Below are positions 13,466 to 25,893 of a DNA stretch of 64,000 nucleotides, in pieces; the first letter of the stretch is position 1; each line of letters begins with the position of its first letter. A program made the position numbers and the translations under genes. The DNA lies in the NCBI RefSeq assembly GCF_006345805.1, contig NW_021831987.1, positions 1 through 64,000 on the forward strand, given 5' to 3'. Origin of the DNA: Octopus sinensis. Taxonomy: Eukaryota. The notes beneath the pieces were generated by a model. The model saw nothing but the letters and a program-made list of their open reading frames with translations, searched no databases and was not told where the DNA came from.

Positions 13466-14325
13466 CTCATCTAACCTCCCCCCGACCCCTACTTCTCTTC
13501 AGTCCTTCATCCTATCACCCTACTTCTTCCCTTCTTCCCTCTTCCCCCCCCTCTGCTCCCTCACTCCCCTTCCTATCTCTCTCCACCCTCCCTCTATCCT
13601 CCCTCCTCTCTCCCCCTCTCTCTTCTCCTCTCCTTACTCCTCTCCCCTCCTCTTCTCCTCTCTTCCTTCTCCTCCTCCTCTTCTCCTCTCCTTCCTTCTC
13701 CCCTCTTCTCCCCTTTCTTTCTCCCCCTCACCCCTCCCATCTCCCCCTCTCTCCATCTCTATACGCTACACCATACGACTTTACACATCACATCATATAT
13801 ACATACACACGTCTAGGCCTCTCATACGCACTAATACCCCCTCTTCTCCTCTCTCTACACTACACCATACGACTTTACACATCACATCATATATACATAC
13901 ACACGTCTAGACCTTTCATACGCACTATACTCTCTCATACCACACACACACACTCTCTCCTACACACACACACACACCACCACTCTTATGTTTGAGCGGG
14001 GTCATTCAACCCTATTATCTCCCCTAATTTCGCTCTTGCGTCTCATGTTTGATCTTTGACTTCTGGCCGAAATCAGATCGCCATGTGTTTTTCGCTAGCT
14101 TCCGCACGCATATTTTTTTCTCTCCTTCTTTCTGTGTTTTTTTTTTCTCTGTGTATCTTTCTGTTGAGAGAGCGTAGGCTCGAAACGTTAAAGACTTGTT
14201 TCATTTATATTTCCTGAGCGCCATACTAATACAATTGTTTGTTTGTATTCCACCTGCCTTCGTCTTTTGTTTATTTCCGTAAACCTGCCTTCGTCTTTTG
14301 TCTATTTTCATAAAGCTTCCCGCTT
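13466..14325 (+). mobile_element. Penelope 3' region and pseudo-LTR ending in (TA)n
   Basis: CT-rich tract, internal tandem duplication, HHR, and a tail homologous to 27300-27490, 19805, 44019 and 46670. Confidence 0.8.
14156..14194 (+). ncRNA. Minimal type-I hammerhead ribozyme, variant core CUGUUGA
   Basis: TCTTT-CTGTTGA-GA-GAGC-GTAG-GCTC-GAAA-CG-TT^AAAGA; stem I TCTTT/AAAGA, stem II GAGC/GCTC. Confidence 0.75.
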
Positions 14326-14625
14326 TATATATATATATATAATCACATCACAAGTGGTAAGCGAATTATCAGCCGTAAACGCAAATTAATAAGATATATA
14401 CATACAATATTAGATATGTACATATATACACAAGGGTACTACATGAGTACCTATATCCCTAATGATTGAAATCAAAAAATACTTCTGTACCACCGAACAG
14501 TCACAAATCTATTACAGACAAGATAGGAAAAAAATATCAGTGAACAATAATAATGTCTTACCTCAAATGGGTAAGAACAAGTAAATGCTGGTGAACCTGG
14601 TACCGGTTTCAAATATATATATATA

Positions 14626-14970
14626 GTGGAGGCGCAATGGCCCAGTGGTTAGGGTAGGAGACTCACGGTTTCAATTCCCAGACCTGATGTTGTGATGTGT
14701 TTATTGAGCGAAAACGTCTAAAACCAAACGAGGCTCCGGCAGGGTGGTGGTGGCCAATCCTACTATACTCTTTCACCACAACTTTCTCTCACTCTTTCTT
14801 CCTGTTTCTGGTGTACCTGTATTTCAAATGGTCGGCCTTGTCACACTCTGCGTTACGCTGAATCTCCCCGAGAACTACGTGGAGTACTCAGTCTCGTGCA
14901 CGCTAATTTCACGAGCAGGCTGTTTCGTTGATCGGATCAACTGGAACCCTCGTCGTCGTAACCGACGCAC
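14626..14970 (+). mobile_element. tRNA-derived SINE family B
   Basis: GTGGAGGCGCAATGGCCCAGTGG head and GGAACCCTCGTCGTCGTAACCGACG tail; copies at 40688 and 56307. Confidence 0.85.
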
Positions 14971-15061
<91 letters not shown>

Positions 15062-15064
15062 CAA

Positions 15065-15365
15065 TTGGCCCTCCGTCGGTTACGATGACGAGTGTTCTAG
15101 TTGATCCAATCAACGAAAACCCTGCCTAGGCAGTTACCCGGATGCGTACCCTAAACATAGTTCTCAGGGAGACTAAGCAAGGTACAGAATATGATAAGCC
15201 TGACCTTTTGATTTTACAGATACAACTCGTTTTTGCCAGCCGAGTGGACTGGCGGAACGTGACATAAAATGTTTGGTTCAAAGATAGAACGCGCCTTAGG
15301 GAATCGAACTCACGACCCGACGATCGGGAGCCGAAAACCCTTACTTATTAATCCACGCGCCTTCA
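15065..15365 (-). mobile_element. CORE-like SINE sharing the family B tail
   Basis: Tail CGTCATCGTAACCGACGG and CORE-like CCAGTCCACTCGGCTG; related to 29093 and 52858. Confidence 0.7.
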
Positions 15366-16116
15366 CACGCAGTAGTTCGCACTTATAAAATCGTTGGCAC
15401 ATCTCACTAATCCGATGTCTGATTTATCTGAGAACAAGAGAGAGAGCGAGACTGATATTTAAACAAAATCTTCCTTATAAAATAAGCACACCCGCTAAGT
15501 AGTGAGCAGTGGGGTATCCGTAGCGGTCACGCGAAATGACTAAAGTCGACCCCCCAAGGAGCTGAAACGCAATGTGGTTCTTGTTGGCGAGAACAAACCA
15601 ATGATATTTTTAAAAGTTGGGTCGGTCGCTCGGTCGGAGGAGGAGGCGGAGGAGGGAGAGCAGTGGTGGTGGTGGTGGTGTGGGGGGGTCCCCGTATTTG
15701 TAGAAGAGTTCTAATAGCTAATATGAACTATTCTATTTTATTCACATCAGTAAATAAAGAACGACTCTTCGTACCAGCGCACGGATGGTCTAGCAATGGC
15801 TACCAGATGTCGCTGGTGTCTCTGATATAGTGGGATGAGCAGTGGTGAGAGAGAGAGAGAGAGAGAGAGAGAAGCACAACTGCAGAGGTAGGAGGTGGGG
15901 GTGAAGATGTGTGCATGTGTGTGTGTGCGTGTGTAGAAGGTTAGCGTAACATTGACAGAAGATAGGCGGGGTGGGGGTGGGGGCGTTGGCGGACAGAGAA
16001 GCACACCTACACATTTATATAAACATACATACACAAACACATGTACACACGCACACACTCATCCATGTTTACCTACACATACACACGCGCGCATACACAC
16101 ATACACATACAGACAT

Positions 16117-16167
<51 letters not shown>

Positions 16168-16755
16168 AAGAAAGAGATAAAAGAAATAGACAGATAGAAC
16201 ACTTAACGTGTGTGTATGCGTGAATATACATTTGGAGCTGTGACTAAATATTTGTGTGTGCGTGTGCATTGCGTGTGCGTGCGTCTGTGTGCGTGTGTAT
16301 GTGTGTACGTCTATTGTCTTTGTGTATGTGAGAGGGAGTGGAGAGATGACAGGCGAGAGGGAGAGAGAGAGAGGTGGGAGAACAGAGATGAAAGGCAAAA
16401 CGTAAAACAATCTGAAACATAAAATGGGAAAGTCTTGTATATATATGTTGTGAATCAATATGCATATGAGAAGACATGCATATCTATATGGGTGTATATA
16501 TACATACATGCATACACACACACACATATACATATATTATGTATATAGTATGTATATATACACTATACATGTATGTATATTTACACTATATATGTATATA
16601 TAAATACTATATATATATGTATATATACACTATACATATATATACTTATATGTACACACACACACATCATTTATATATATATATATATATATATATACAG
16701 CTATGTCTGTCAGTCTGTATGCATGTATTCGTGTGTATATATATATATATATATA

Positions 16756-16863
<108 letters not shown>

Positions 16864-17384
16864 ATAAGCAAGTACATCAACATACTCTCATGTGTGCACG
16901 GCTGTACATCATTGCATGTGGTTTTGTATATCTTTCAACCTACGAGTTACATGTGTTTGCATCGTTTCAAATGTACACGCTGCAGGTTAAACTTCTGGAA
17001 TGCATTACATGTTTTTCAAAGCGCTATTAATGGCCCTTGATTGTAATGTCTTAATTAGCCGTGTCCTTTCTGGGTTTGTGAAACCCAGCATCTCAAACCT
17101 CGTGCTGATGCAGTTACATAACCAAATGCCCCTAATAATAGCAGGTATAAATCTGAAGTTATGCTCAGATTGTAGTATCTGCAGACTTAGTCATAGATGT
17201 AGTCTTTTGTTTGGCAAGAAGCTTGCTTCCCGACCACATGGTTCTGCGTTTATTCCCACTGCGTGGTACCTTGGGCAAGAGTCTTCTACTATAGCCTCGG
17301 GCCGACCAAAGCCTTGTGAGTGGAAACTAAAAGAAGCACGTCGTATATATATATATTATATATATATATATATATTATGTATGC

Positions 17385-17688
17385 GCCCTTTTCAAGCCAA
17401 GCCAGACCCATGGGCCCCCTTTTTACCCGGTTTCTGTGGTGTATGTGTTCCCCCCAGCTGGACGGGACGGCAGTCCATCGCAGCGTTACTCAAGAAATAA
17501 GAAGGGAAAGTGAGCGAAAGTTGGGGCGAAAGAGTACAACAGGGGTCGCCCTCCCCCCTACCGGAGCATCGTGGAGTTTTAGATGTTTTCGCTCAATAAA
17601 CACACACAACGCCCGGTCTAAGAGTCGAATCTGCGATCCTCCGACCGCGAGTCCGCTGCCGTAACCACTGGGCCATTGCGCCTCCACT
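17385..17688 (-). mobile_element. SINE family B head with an alternative tail
   Basis: CCACTGGGCCATTGCGCCTCCAC head; tail shared with 48120-48290. Confidence 0.8.
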
Positions 17689-17700
17689 CCTATATCTATA

Positions 17701-17786
<86 letters not shown>

Positions 17787-17791
<5 letters not shown>

Positions 17792-18647
17792 TGGGTGGAA
17801 AGTAACTGGGTATTAAAAATTGCTTATAGAATTTTTAATATCACTGAAGTCATACCAAAAATATTTTTTAGACAGACAACACTAATGGGGACCTGGTTTT
17901 CATACGGTCTTATATTTTATTTCTTATTTTCCAGATGGTCGGTCGCTTGACTGTTCAGGAACGAGTTAAGATGTTAGCACGCTATGAAGTGTGGGATTCC
18001 AATGCTTTGGTTCAGAGATGGTGGCGTGCATGGAACACTACGTCCGGAGACAATAAAAGGTTGTCATGCAAAGCTGATGACCACGGGCTCTGTGAGCGAT
18101 GCAAGAAATGGCCGTCCAACCACACCCCGACCAGCGGAGAACGTGGCAACAGTGCAGGAAATGTTTAATCGCAGCCCGCAGAACTCAACAAGTCTAGTAG
18201 CTCGTGGAAGTGGACTAACAAGACACACAATGCGTACGGTGTTGCATAAAGAATTGAATTTTCGTCCGCGGAAACCCTCATTACGTGCAGGAACTAAAAC
18301 CTGAAGACTTTAAACGCAGAATGGAATACAGAATGGCCTCCAAGAAGCCCAGATCTCACTCCATGTGATTTTTACCTCTGGGGTTACACAAAAGAGGTGT
18401 TGTACAAGACAAAACCTCGCATACTGAGGGACTTGGAGACACGGAATCAAGAGGTTCTCAATGATATCCCAGACAACGTCCTTCAGAAGGTTGTTCATTC
18501 CATCCCTGGCCATTTGCGGAAACTGGTTGACATAACTGGTGCACACGTTGTAATAAAGAACATGAATCATTTGCTTCAATAAATTTGCAAAAGGAATATG
18601 GATTTTATTACCAATTTTTAATGCCAACTTACTTTTCACCTACCCTG
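17787..18647 (+). mobile_element. Tc1/mariner (DD41D/rosa-like) element with both TIRs, catalytic core deleted
   Basis: TIRs CACGGTGGGTGGAAAGTAACTGG / CCAACTTACTTTTCACCTACCCTG; HTH region TGSVSDARNGRP..SPQNST; WPPRSPDLTPCDFYLWGY. Confidence 0.9.
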
Positions 18648-18675
18648 TGTGTGTGAATATATATGTATGTATATA

Positions 18676-18963
18676 TCTTTATATATAAAAGTGAAGTTGC
18701 GTGTCTGTCTCCTACGATTTAGATTCCTAACTACTCCCACATTTTGCGGTGCAATTTAACCAAAAGCGGGTATCTTATAGCCGTGATTCATATCGATCCC
18801 TTCTGGGTATTAGCACGCGTCTACGATGAGCCTACGATTAAAAAATAAAAATTACCATCATTTTTCCCCATCTTAATGCATTATTTTGCTATTATATAAG
18901 GGAAGTAACTTCTTATATAGTTATTTCCCTTACAAACCGAGCAACGCCGGGCGATACTGCTAG
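18676..18963 (+). mobile_element. Non-autonomous Helitron
   Basis: Same TC start, hairpin and CTAG end as 8175-8572, with an internal deletion. Confidence 0.85.
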
Positions 18964-19237
18964 TAATATATACATATATATGTATGTGTGTGAATATATA
19001 TATATTGTATGTGTGCGCGTGTATGTTTGTGTGTGTATGTGTGTGTGTTTGTATGTATGTACGCGTGTGAGCTTATGTGTGTGTGCGTGCGCGCGCGGGG
19101 GTGTGTATTTGTGTTTTATAAAATATAATAAAATATATTTGTTTTAACTTTAATAATGTTTGCATTTCAAAATCCATCTTGGCATATATATTAAATTACA
19201 TCATCGTCATCATTATCATCATCATCATCATCATCAC

Positions 19238-19360
<123 letters not shown>

Positions 19361-19804
19361 CATCATTATTATTATTATTATTATTATATTATTATTGTTA
19401 TTATTATTATTATGTAACATGGTGAGATGAAACAAAAAGAAAACAATGAGCAGAGATAAGAACAAAACTAGACAAGAGGCGATGAGATGATTCATTTCCT
19501 ACACGCGCGCGCGCACACACACAGAGGGAGAGAGAGTAAGAGAGAATGAGAGAGAGAAAGAGAGAGAGAGAGTAAGACAGAGAGAGAAAGAAAGAGAGAG
19601 AGAGAGAGTTATAAATAGGACAAAGAAATACTCAAACATGACCTGGGTCGGAATGACATGGAAATAGTTTCAATTGTTATTTAATATTTTGTGTTTCTAA
19701 TTCCATAACTGCAGCCAAGCAAGAAACTACTCCATAGTCACCCAGCCCGATAGAAATAGCAACAAAATCTCCCTCAAGCCAAGCCCTGCTGTGTTAATAG
19801 ATGC

Positions 19805-19950
19805 AAATGTTTAATTCATCGTGTTCCTTCCTGTTGAAGAACGTAAGCTCGAAACGTAAAAGACTTTCTCACCTTCCCGAGCGTCAAACTAATACATATC
19901 TGCTTCTTGTTTATATACATGTCTTCGTCTTTTGTTTTTCTAACTATAGA
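19805..19950 (+). mobile_element. Solo Penelope pseudo-LTR with degenerate CUGUUGA HHR (19826-19864)
   Basis: CTGTTGA-AGAAC-GTAA-GCTC-GAAACGTA-AAAG; tail homologous to 27400-27490. Confidence 0.75.
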
Positions 19951-20004
19951 GAATCTAGTCGTATAAAACAGATGGGGTTGTCACGGTTAGAAAGTTTTTG
20001 CTCA

Positions 20005-20133
<129 letters not shown>

Positions 20134-20146
20134 TTACTACCCACAA

Positions 20147-20353
20147 GGGACTAAACATAGTGTGGACAAACAGGGACAGACAAACGCATTAAGTCGATTA
20201 CATCGACTCCTGTGCATAACTGGTACCTAATTTATCGACCCCGAAAGGATGAAAGGCAAAGTCGACCTCGGCGGAATTTGAACTCAGAACCTAACGGCAG
20301 ACGAAATATGGCTACGCATTTCGCCCGGCGTGCTAACATTTCTGCCAGCTCCC
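20147..20353 (-). mobile_element. SINE family C
   Basis: Homology to 10948. Confidence 0.85.
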
Positions 20354-20372
20354 CGCCTTCTTACATACATAC

Positions 20373-20460
<88 letters not shown>

Positions 20461-20896
20461 TGTGTGTATGTATGTGCATGCGTGTGTGCATGTGTCTGTA
20501 TGTGTGTGTATGTGAGTGCGTGTATGTGTGTATGTGTGTGTGCATGTGTGTATGTGATTGTCTTTGTGTCCCGATCACCGCTTGACAACTGGTGTTGGTT
20601 TGGTTACGTCTCCATCACTTAGCGATATTCGTCGAACGAGTTAGGTTCCAGTCTAAGTAGCGATTTGCGATTTGTTGACAGAAACTCTTCAAGGCGTTGC
20701 CCCAGCATGACAGCTGTCTAATGACTAGAACAAGTAAAAGATAACGGAAGGGCACATCGTGGGTAACTTTAACAATAAGCGTTTAAATAAAACGATAGGT
20801 TGTCGGCCTCACAAAAGAAAACCTGGCTGATTGGATCACGTTACTAGAAACTTCTTGTCATTTGACACCATGTTTGCTTTCAATATGAACAGTAAG

Positions 20897-21290
20897 GAAG
20901 GTGGCGAGCTGGTACAATCGTTAGCACACCGGGCGAAATGCTTAGCGGTATTTCGTCTGCAGTTACGTTCTGAGTTCAAATTCCGCCGAGGTCGACTTTG
21001 CCTTTCATCCTTTCGGCGTCGATTAAATAAGTAACAGTTACGCACTGGGATCGACTTAATTCGTTTGTCTGTCCTTGTTTGTCCTCTCTGCGTTTAGCCC
21101 CTTGTGGGTAGTAAAGAAATAGGTATTTCGTCTGCCGCCACGTTCTGAGTTCAAATTCCGCCGAGGTCGACTTTGCTTTTCATCCTTTCGGGATCGATAA
21201 ATTGAGTACCAGTTGCGTACTGAGGTCGATCTAATCGACTGGCCCCCCTCTCCAAAGATTTCGAGCCTTGTGTCTAGAGTAGAAAAGAAA
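20897..21290 (+). mobile_element. SINE family C (dimeric)
   Basis: Homology to 10948; the core is duplicated. Confidence 0.85.
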
Positions 21291-21728
21291 ATGAACAGTA
21301 AGGCTAGACCTTTCCAGACACTACGAATATACAGAGAAGAGAAATCAAGCGCTTTTTAAACTAATTTTACTGCTTTTATATGCAACACCTCTGTTATTTC
21401 GCCGAGAATTTGTGATGTATCTTCACGATTCTTTCAACAGCAACACTATAAATGTATCTTTAAATATACCTCAGTAAAGTGAACCATTTAAATATGACGC
21501 TGTGTTTTATGTGCATTTATGTATACACTCAGATATGCTGGGGGAGAGTCACAGAGGGATGCTTCTGTAGATATTTCTATATTTGAACGTATTGCCAGTT
21601 ATCTAAAGAATATTTATTTAGATACATATAAACATATGCTTACATGAATGCACACACGCACACACACACACACACACACATATGTATACACATCACACAC
21701 ACACACACAACACCATACCAACATATAT

Positions 21729-21767
<39 letters not shown>

Positions 21768-21771
<4 letters not shown>

Positions 21772-21980
21772 GTAGTAAATCCCCCAAAAGAAGAAGAACG
21801 AACATAAAAAAAAAACAACGTGAGGTCGTGGTACATATAAAGTATTAGCTGACGCTCAGGGAAGGAAGAAAGATGGTTTAACGTTTCGAGCAAAGCTCTT
21901 CGTCAGAAACAGAGGAAAGTCCAATAGAAAAAGAAGGGAGAAAGAAAATCGCCAACGATTCACATGTGGTTACATTTTGA
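21768..21980 (-). mobile_element. Solo Penelope pseudo-LTR (CTGACGA family) abutting (TA)n
   Basis: Contains an HHR; homologous to 3935-4103 and to the tail at 62565-62660. Confidence 0.75.
21876..21910 (-). ncRNA. Minimal type-I hammerhead ribozyme, canonical core
   Basis: GTTT-CTGACGA-A-GAGC-TTT-GCTC-GAAA-CG-TT^AAAC; stems I and II pair perfectly. Confidence 0.8.
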
Positions 21981-22073
21981 TAAATGTAATCCGTTACACC
22001 ACTTAGCCAGTGTACATAGTCGTTTAAATCACCAGTGAACTAAATCCCCATATTTTGTATGCATATATATATA

Positions 22074-22132
<59 letters not shown>

Positions 22133-22264
22133 ATATATGTATATATATAGTGTATACGTACATTTGGTACCATTGTGTATATACATATTTGTGGGGGCGT
22201 GCGTGTGTTCGCGCGCGCGTTTCGCAGCGTGAATTGACGAGGGATTATAAATAGTCTTTTAAAC

Positions 22265-22583
22265 TTGGAATATCAAACACGCGACCCGCGGGTTGCATAC
22301 GCCCCTTTTCAAACGCAAGTGCAGCCTGCGATTGACGTAACTGGATGCTTAAAAATAGGAAAAGAAAAAGAAATTGCTAATAATAAAAATAATTGGTAAT
22401 AATTTAATTAATAAAAATAGGATCATTGACAAATAAAAGGTTTCAAAATTTTTTTTACTTAATAATAAAGAATTGATATTCAGAAATCTTACTTGTAAAC
22501 GTATGTTTAAAAATATGCGGTCCCCATTGTAAGATGTATGTGAACAATGCGGCCCATAGAGGCTCAGCTGTTTGACATGTTTG
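22265..22583. mobile_element. Degenerate hAT-like MITE
   Basis: ..TCAAAC near the left end and GTTTGACATG near the right end, with subterminal GCGGCCC-like repeats. Confidence 0.4.
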
Positions 22584-23215
22584 CTTTAGGCCATAAAATC
22601 TTCGTTTAAACAAGATTTTAAACAAACGCTCCCTATTCCGCCCTTCAAGTTATGATAAATACTATTCACCGTAGTATATGGGTGGCATTTAACGACCTCA
22701 TCAACTTTACAATTATTTATTTCATAAAAACATCCGTAAACATAATCCAGGAGTTCTGGATGGAATACCAACATAACTTACAGCATAATATTGGTCACTG
22801 TTTCTTGCTTATTATTATCTTCGTCAGGGATCGTCTTTCACCGAAAAACCAAACCTGATACTATAAAGCTTTATTTAATCGTTATAGTTTCGGTTCCCCT
22901 TAATTTTGTTCTTTCTCATTTTCTTCCTCTCCGTGCCTGAAGAACGGGGTAGGAATTATGGTACAATGTTGTCTGTATGCTTGTTTTTTTTTGTTTTTGT
23001 TTTTTTGCTTCGCTTTTGCTTCTCTTGGTTTCGAAAAAAAAAACAACTATCATTTGCTGTTACTGTTTTACTTATTCGTATCGTCGGTTTTTTATTCATA
23101 TATTTATATATATTATTCTCTTATTTATTTATTTATTTATTTAATTATTGCATGTTCACTTTTAGCTTTAGAACCCAAGATTCAAAGGTACATAAATGCA
23201 TACCTACGAATATAA

Positions 23216-23552
23216 AGGGGTAAAGACCCCCTTCGGTCATGAGTGACCATGGGTTTGCACCTAGAAAGTTACCCTCCCAGGCACAAGTCTGGGCAAGGTT
23301 GTTTATGGAAGGCCAGCAGTCGCCCATGCATACCGGCCTCCCCTCTCCACGCCACCAGTGTTGTCCAAGGGAAAGACAAAGGTCGATACAGCTTAGCACC
23401 AGTGACGTCGCAACTCATTTCTACAGCTGAGTGAACTGGAGCAACGTGAAATAAAGTGTCTTGCTCAAGAACACAACATGCAGCCCGGTCCGGGATTCGA
23501 GCTCACAACCTCACGATCGTAAGCTCGATGCTCTAACCACTGAGCCATGCGC
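23216..23552 (-). mobile_element. CORE-type tRNA SINE
   Basis: Head TGGCTCAGTGG..GAGCTCGAATCCC and CORE-like GTGTTCTTGAGCAAGACACTT..CCAGTTCACTCAGCTG. Confidence 0.8.
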
Positions 23553-23665
23553 ATATTCACACATACGCATACATCATAACGCCTTACACACACGCGCACA
23601 CAATCATACATATAAATATATACGTATATATGAGTGTGTATATATAAATATATATATATATATAT

Positions 23666-24058
23666 ATCAACAATCAAGGAACGGCCATAATAGGCCATTC
23701 ACCCACTAGAAATAACAGCCAAAGCTTCAACCGCAAATAAAAATTAATTCCGTAAACCAGGAGAAAATTTAAAAAACATTTACCCTGTAATTTCTTATAC
23801 GATGCACCGTTTCATCTGCTGTTAATGGTAAACTAACCTGATTAAATTAAATCAAGCCAAGATTGGCTTGATTTAATTTAATCAGGTTAGTTTACCATTA
23901 AACAGCAGATGAAACGGTGCATCGTATAAGAAATTACAGGGTAAATGTTTTTTAAATTTTCTCCTGGTTTACGGAATTAATTTTTATTTGCGGTTGAAGC
24001 TTTGGCTGTTATTTCTAGTGGGTGAATGGCCTATTATGGCCGTTCCTTGATTGTTGAT
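23666..24058. repeat. Near-perfect palindrome, 195/196-bp arms, 2-nt spacer
   Basis: Centre TCAAGCCAA-GA-TTGGCTTGA (23861-23862); only one 1-bp indel seen between the arms. Confidence 0.95.
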
Positions 24059-24228
24059 GTTGAACTTAAAATGGTCTATGACTATTTAATTTTTTCCCAC
24101 TAGGCCGCTGGTGGCAAAAAATTCTACAAAATTTTTTTTGCCACCCTATATTGATTAATTATATATATATATTATATATAATATATATATATATATATTA
24201 TATATATATATATATATTATATATATAT

Positions 24229-24602
24229 AGGCGCAGGAGTGGCTGTGTGGTAAGTAGCTTGTTTACCAACCACACGGTTCCGGGTTCAGTCCCACTGCGT
24301 GGCACCTTGGGCAAGTGTCTTCTACTATAGCCTCGGGCCGACCAAAGCCTTGTGAGTGGATTTGGTAGACGGAAACTGAAAGCCCGTCGTATAGATGTAT
24401 ATATGTATATGCGTGTGTGTGTTTGTCCCCCTAGCATTGCTTGACAACCGATGCTGGTGTGTTTATGTCCCCGTTACTTAGCGGTTCGATAGAATAAGCA
24501 CTGGGCTTACAAAAGGTTAAGTCCCGGGGTCGATTAAAGGCGGTGCTCCAGCATGGCCGCAGTCATATCACTGAAACAAGTAAAAGAGTAAAAGAGTAAA
24601 AG
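24229..24602 (+). mobile_element. SINE family A
   Basis: Full head and (GTAAAAGA)n tail. Confidence 0.9.
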
Positions 24603-25477
24603 ATATATATATATATATATATATATAGGCATAGTCACAGTCTAAGAGCCGAAACAAAAGAGAAAATATATATAAGTGCACATACATACATACATACGTA
24701 CATACATACATACACACACATACATACATACATACATACGTACACACACATACATACATACACATACATACATACATACGTACATACATACATACATACA
24801 TACGTACATACACACTCATACATACATACGTACACACACACATACATACATACATACATACATACATACATACATACATACGCCCACTTATATCCACATG
24901 CTTACGTAAATCTAGAGGTAAAAAGAGACTCGGTGAAACAGAGAGAGAGAGATGGGAAAGAAAAAGAGACAGAGGGAGAAAGAGACAGAGGAGGGAGAGA
25001 GAGAGAGAGATTAAAACGGGTGAAAGAGAAATAAAACTGCATCTTCTTTGACATGTTTTCATGGAGAGATAATCCATGTTTATTCTTCTCCGGGTCGAAG
25101 GCGCCAACGCTTTCGCAATGGCAGTCGCTCTATTTATACACAATATGACAACGACTCTGTGGTCTTTTACAAACAACTCGGCTTCTAATTTCATTCGTTT
25201 ACTCACCCGATTTTAAAATTGGCAGCTTTCTGCATTAACCAGCCATCTAACTAATTCAGATTAAATTTATTAGTCGGCTAAAAATCTCATGCCGTCCTGT
25301 TTATAAAGCAAGCGTTCCAAGCGTTAAATTGACTAATTACAGCCCGAATCACTATAGAGAAACTGATCGGCCAGTTGAGACTGATGAAATTAGCAGTTGC
25401 CGTTTAATCGTCCCTCGACCTTATCTTGTAGAGCAGTAAATGACAACACAGCAACAACAAAAATCGCGCGCGCCCGT

Positions 25478-25545
<68 letters not shown>

Positions 25546-25626
25546 GCGTGTATCTATCTATCTATCTATGAATGTATATATATGACTACAACATACATAT
25601 GTATATATATTTGTGTGCGTGTATAT

Positions 25627-25662
<36 letters not shown>

Positions 25663-25810
25663 AACATCCCGGACGAGCCCCAACATTATTTTTAATGGCG
25701 GTGCCCCAGCATGGCCACAGCTCATGAGCTGAAACTGGAAAAATCAAAATCAAAATCAAATACATATATACATATATATACATATATATATAAGAACTTA
25801 ATTTTTATTC

Positions 25811-25890
<80 letters not shown>

Positions 25891-25893
<3 letters not shown>

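Noticed and set aside
22586-23200. Possible GIY-YIG C-terminus (HKSSFK..KHNPG) plus CTGAAGA motif
   Set aside because: Too degenerate, and no GAAA or stem II partner. The CTGACGA at about 43794 has the same problem.
23706-23723. GAAATA^ACAGCC as a hammerhead half
   Set aside because: No upstream CUGANGA in any copy of the motif.
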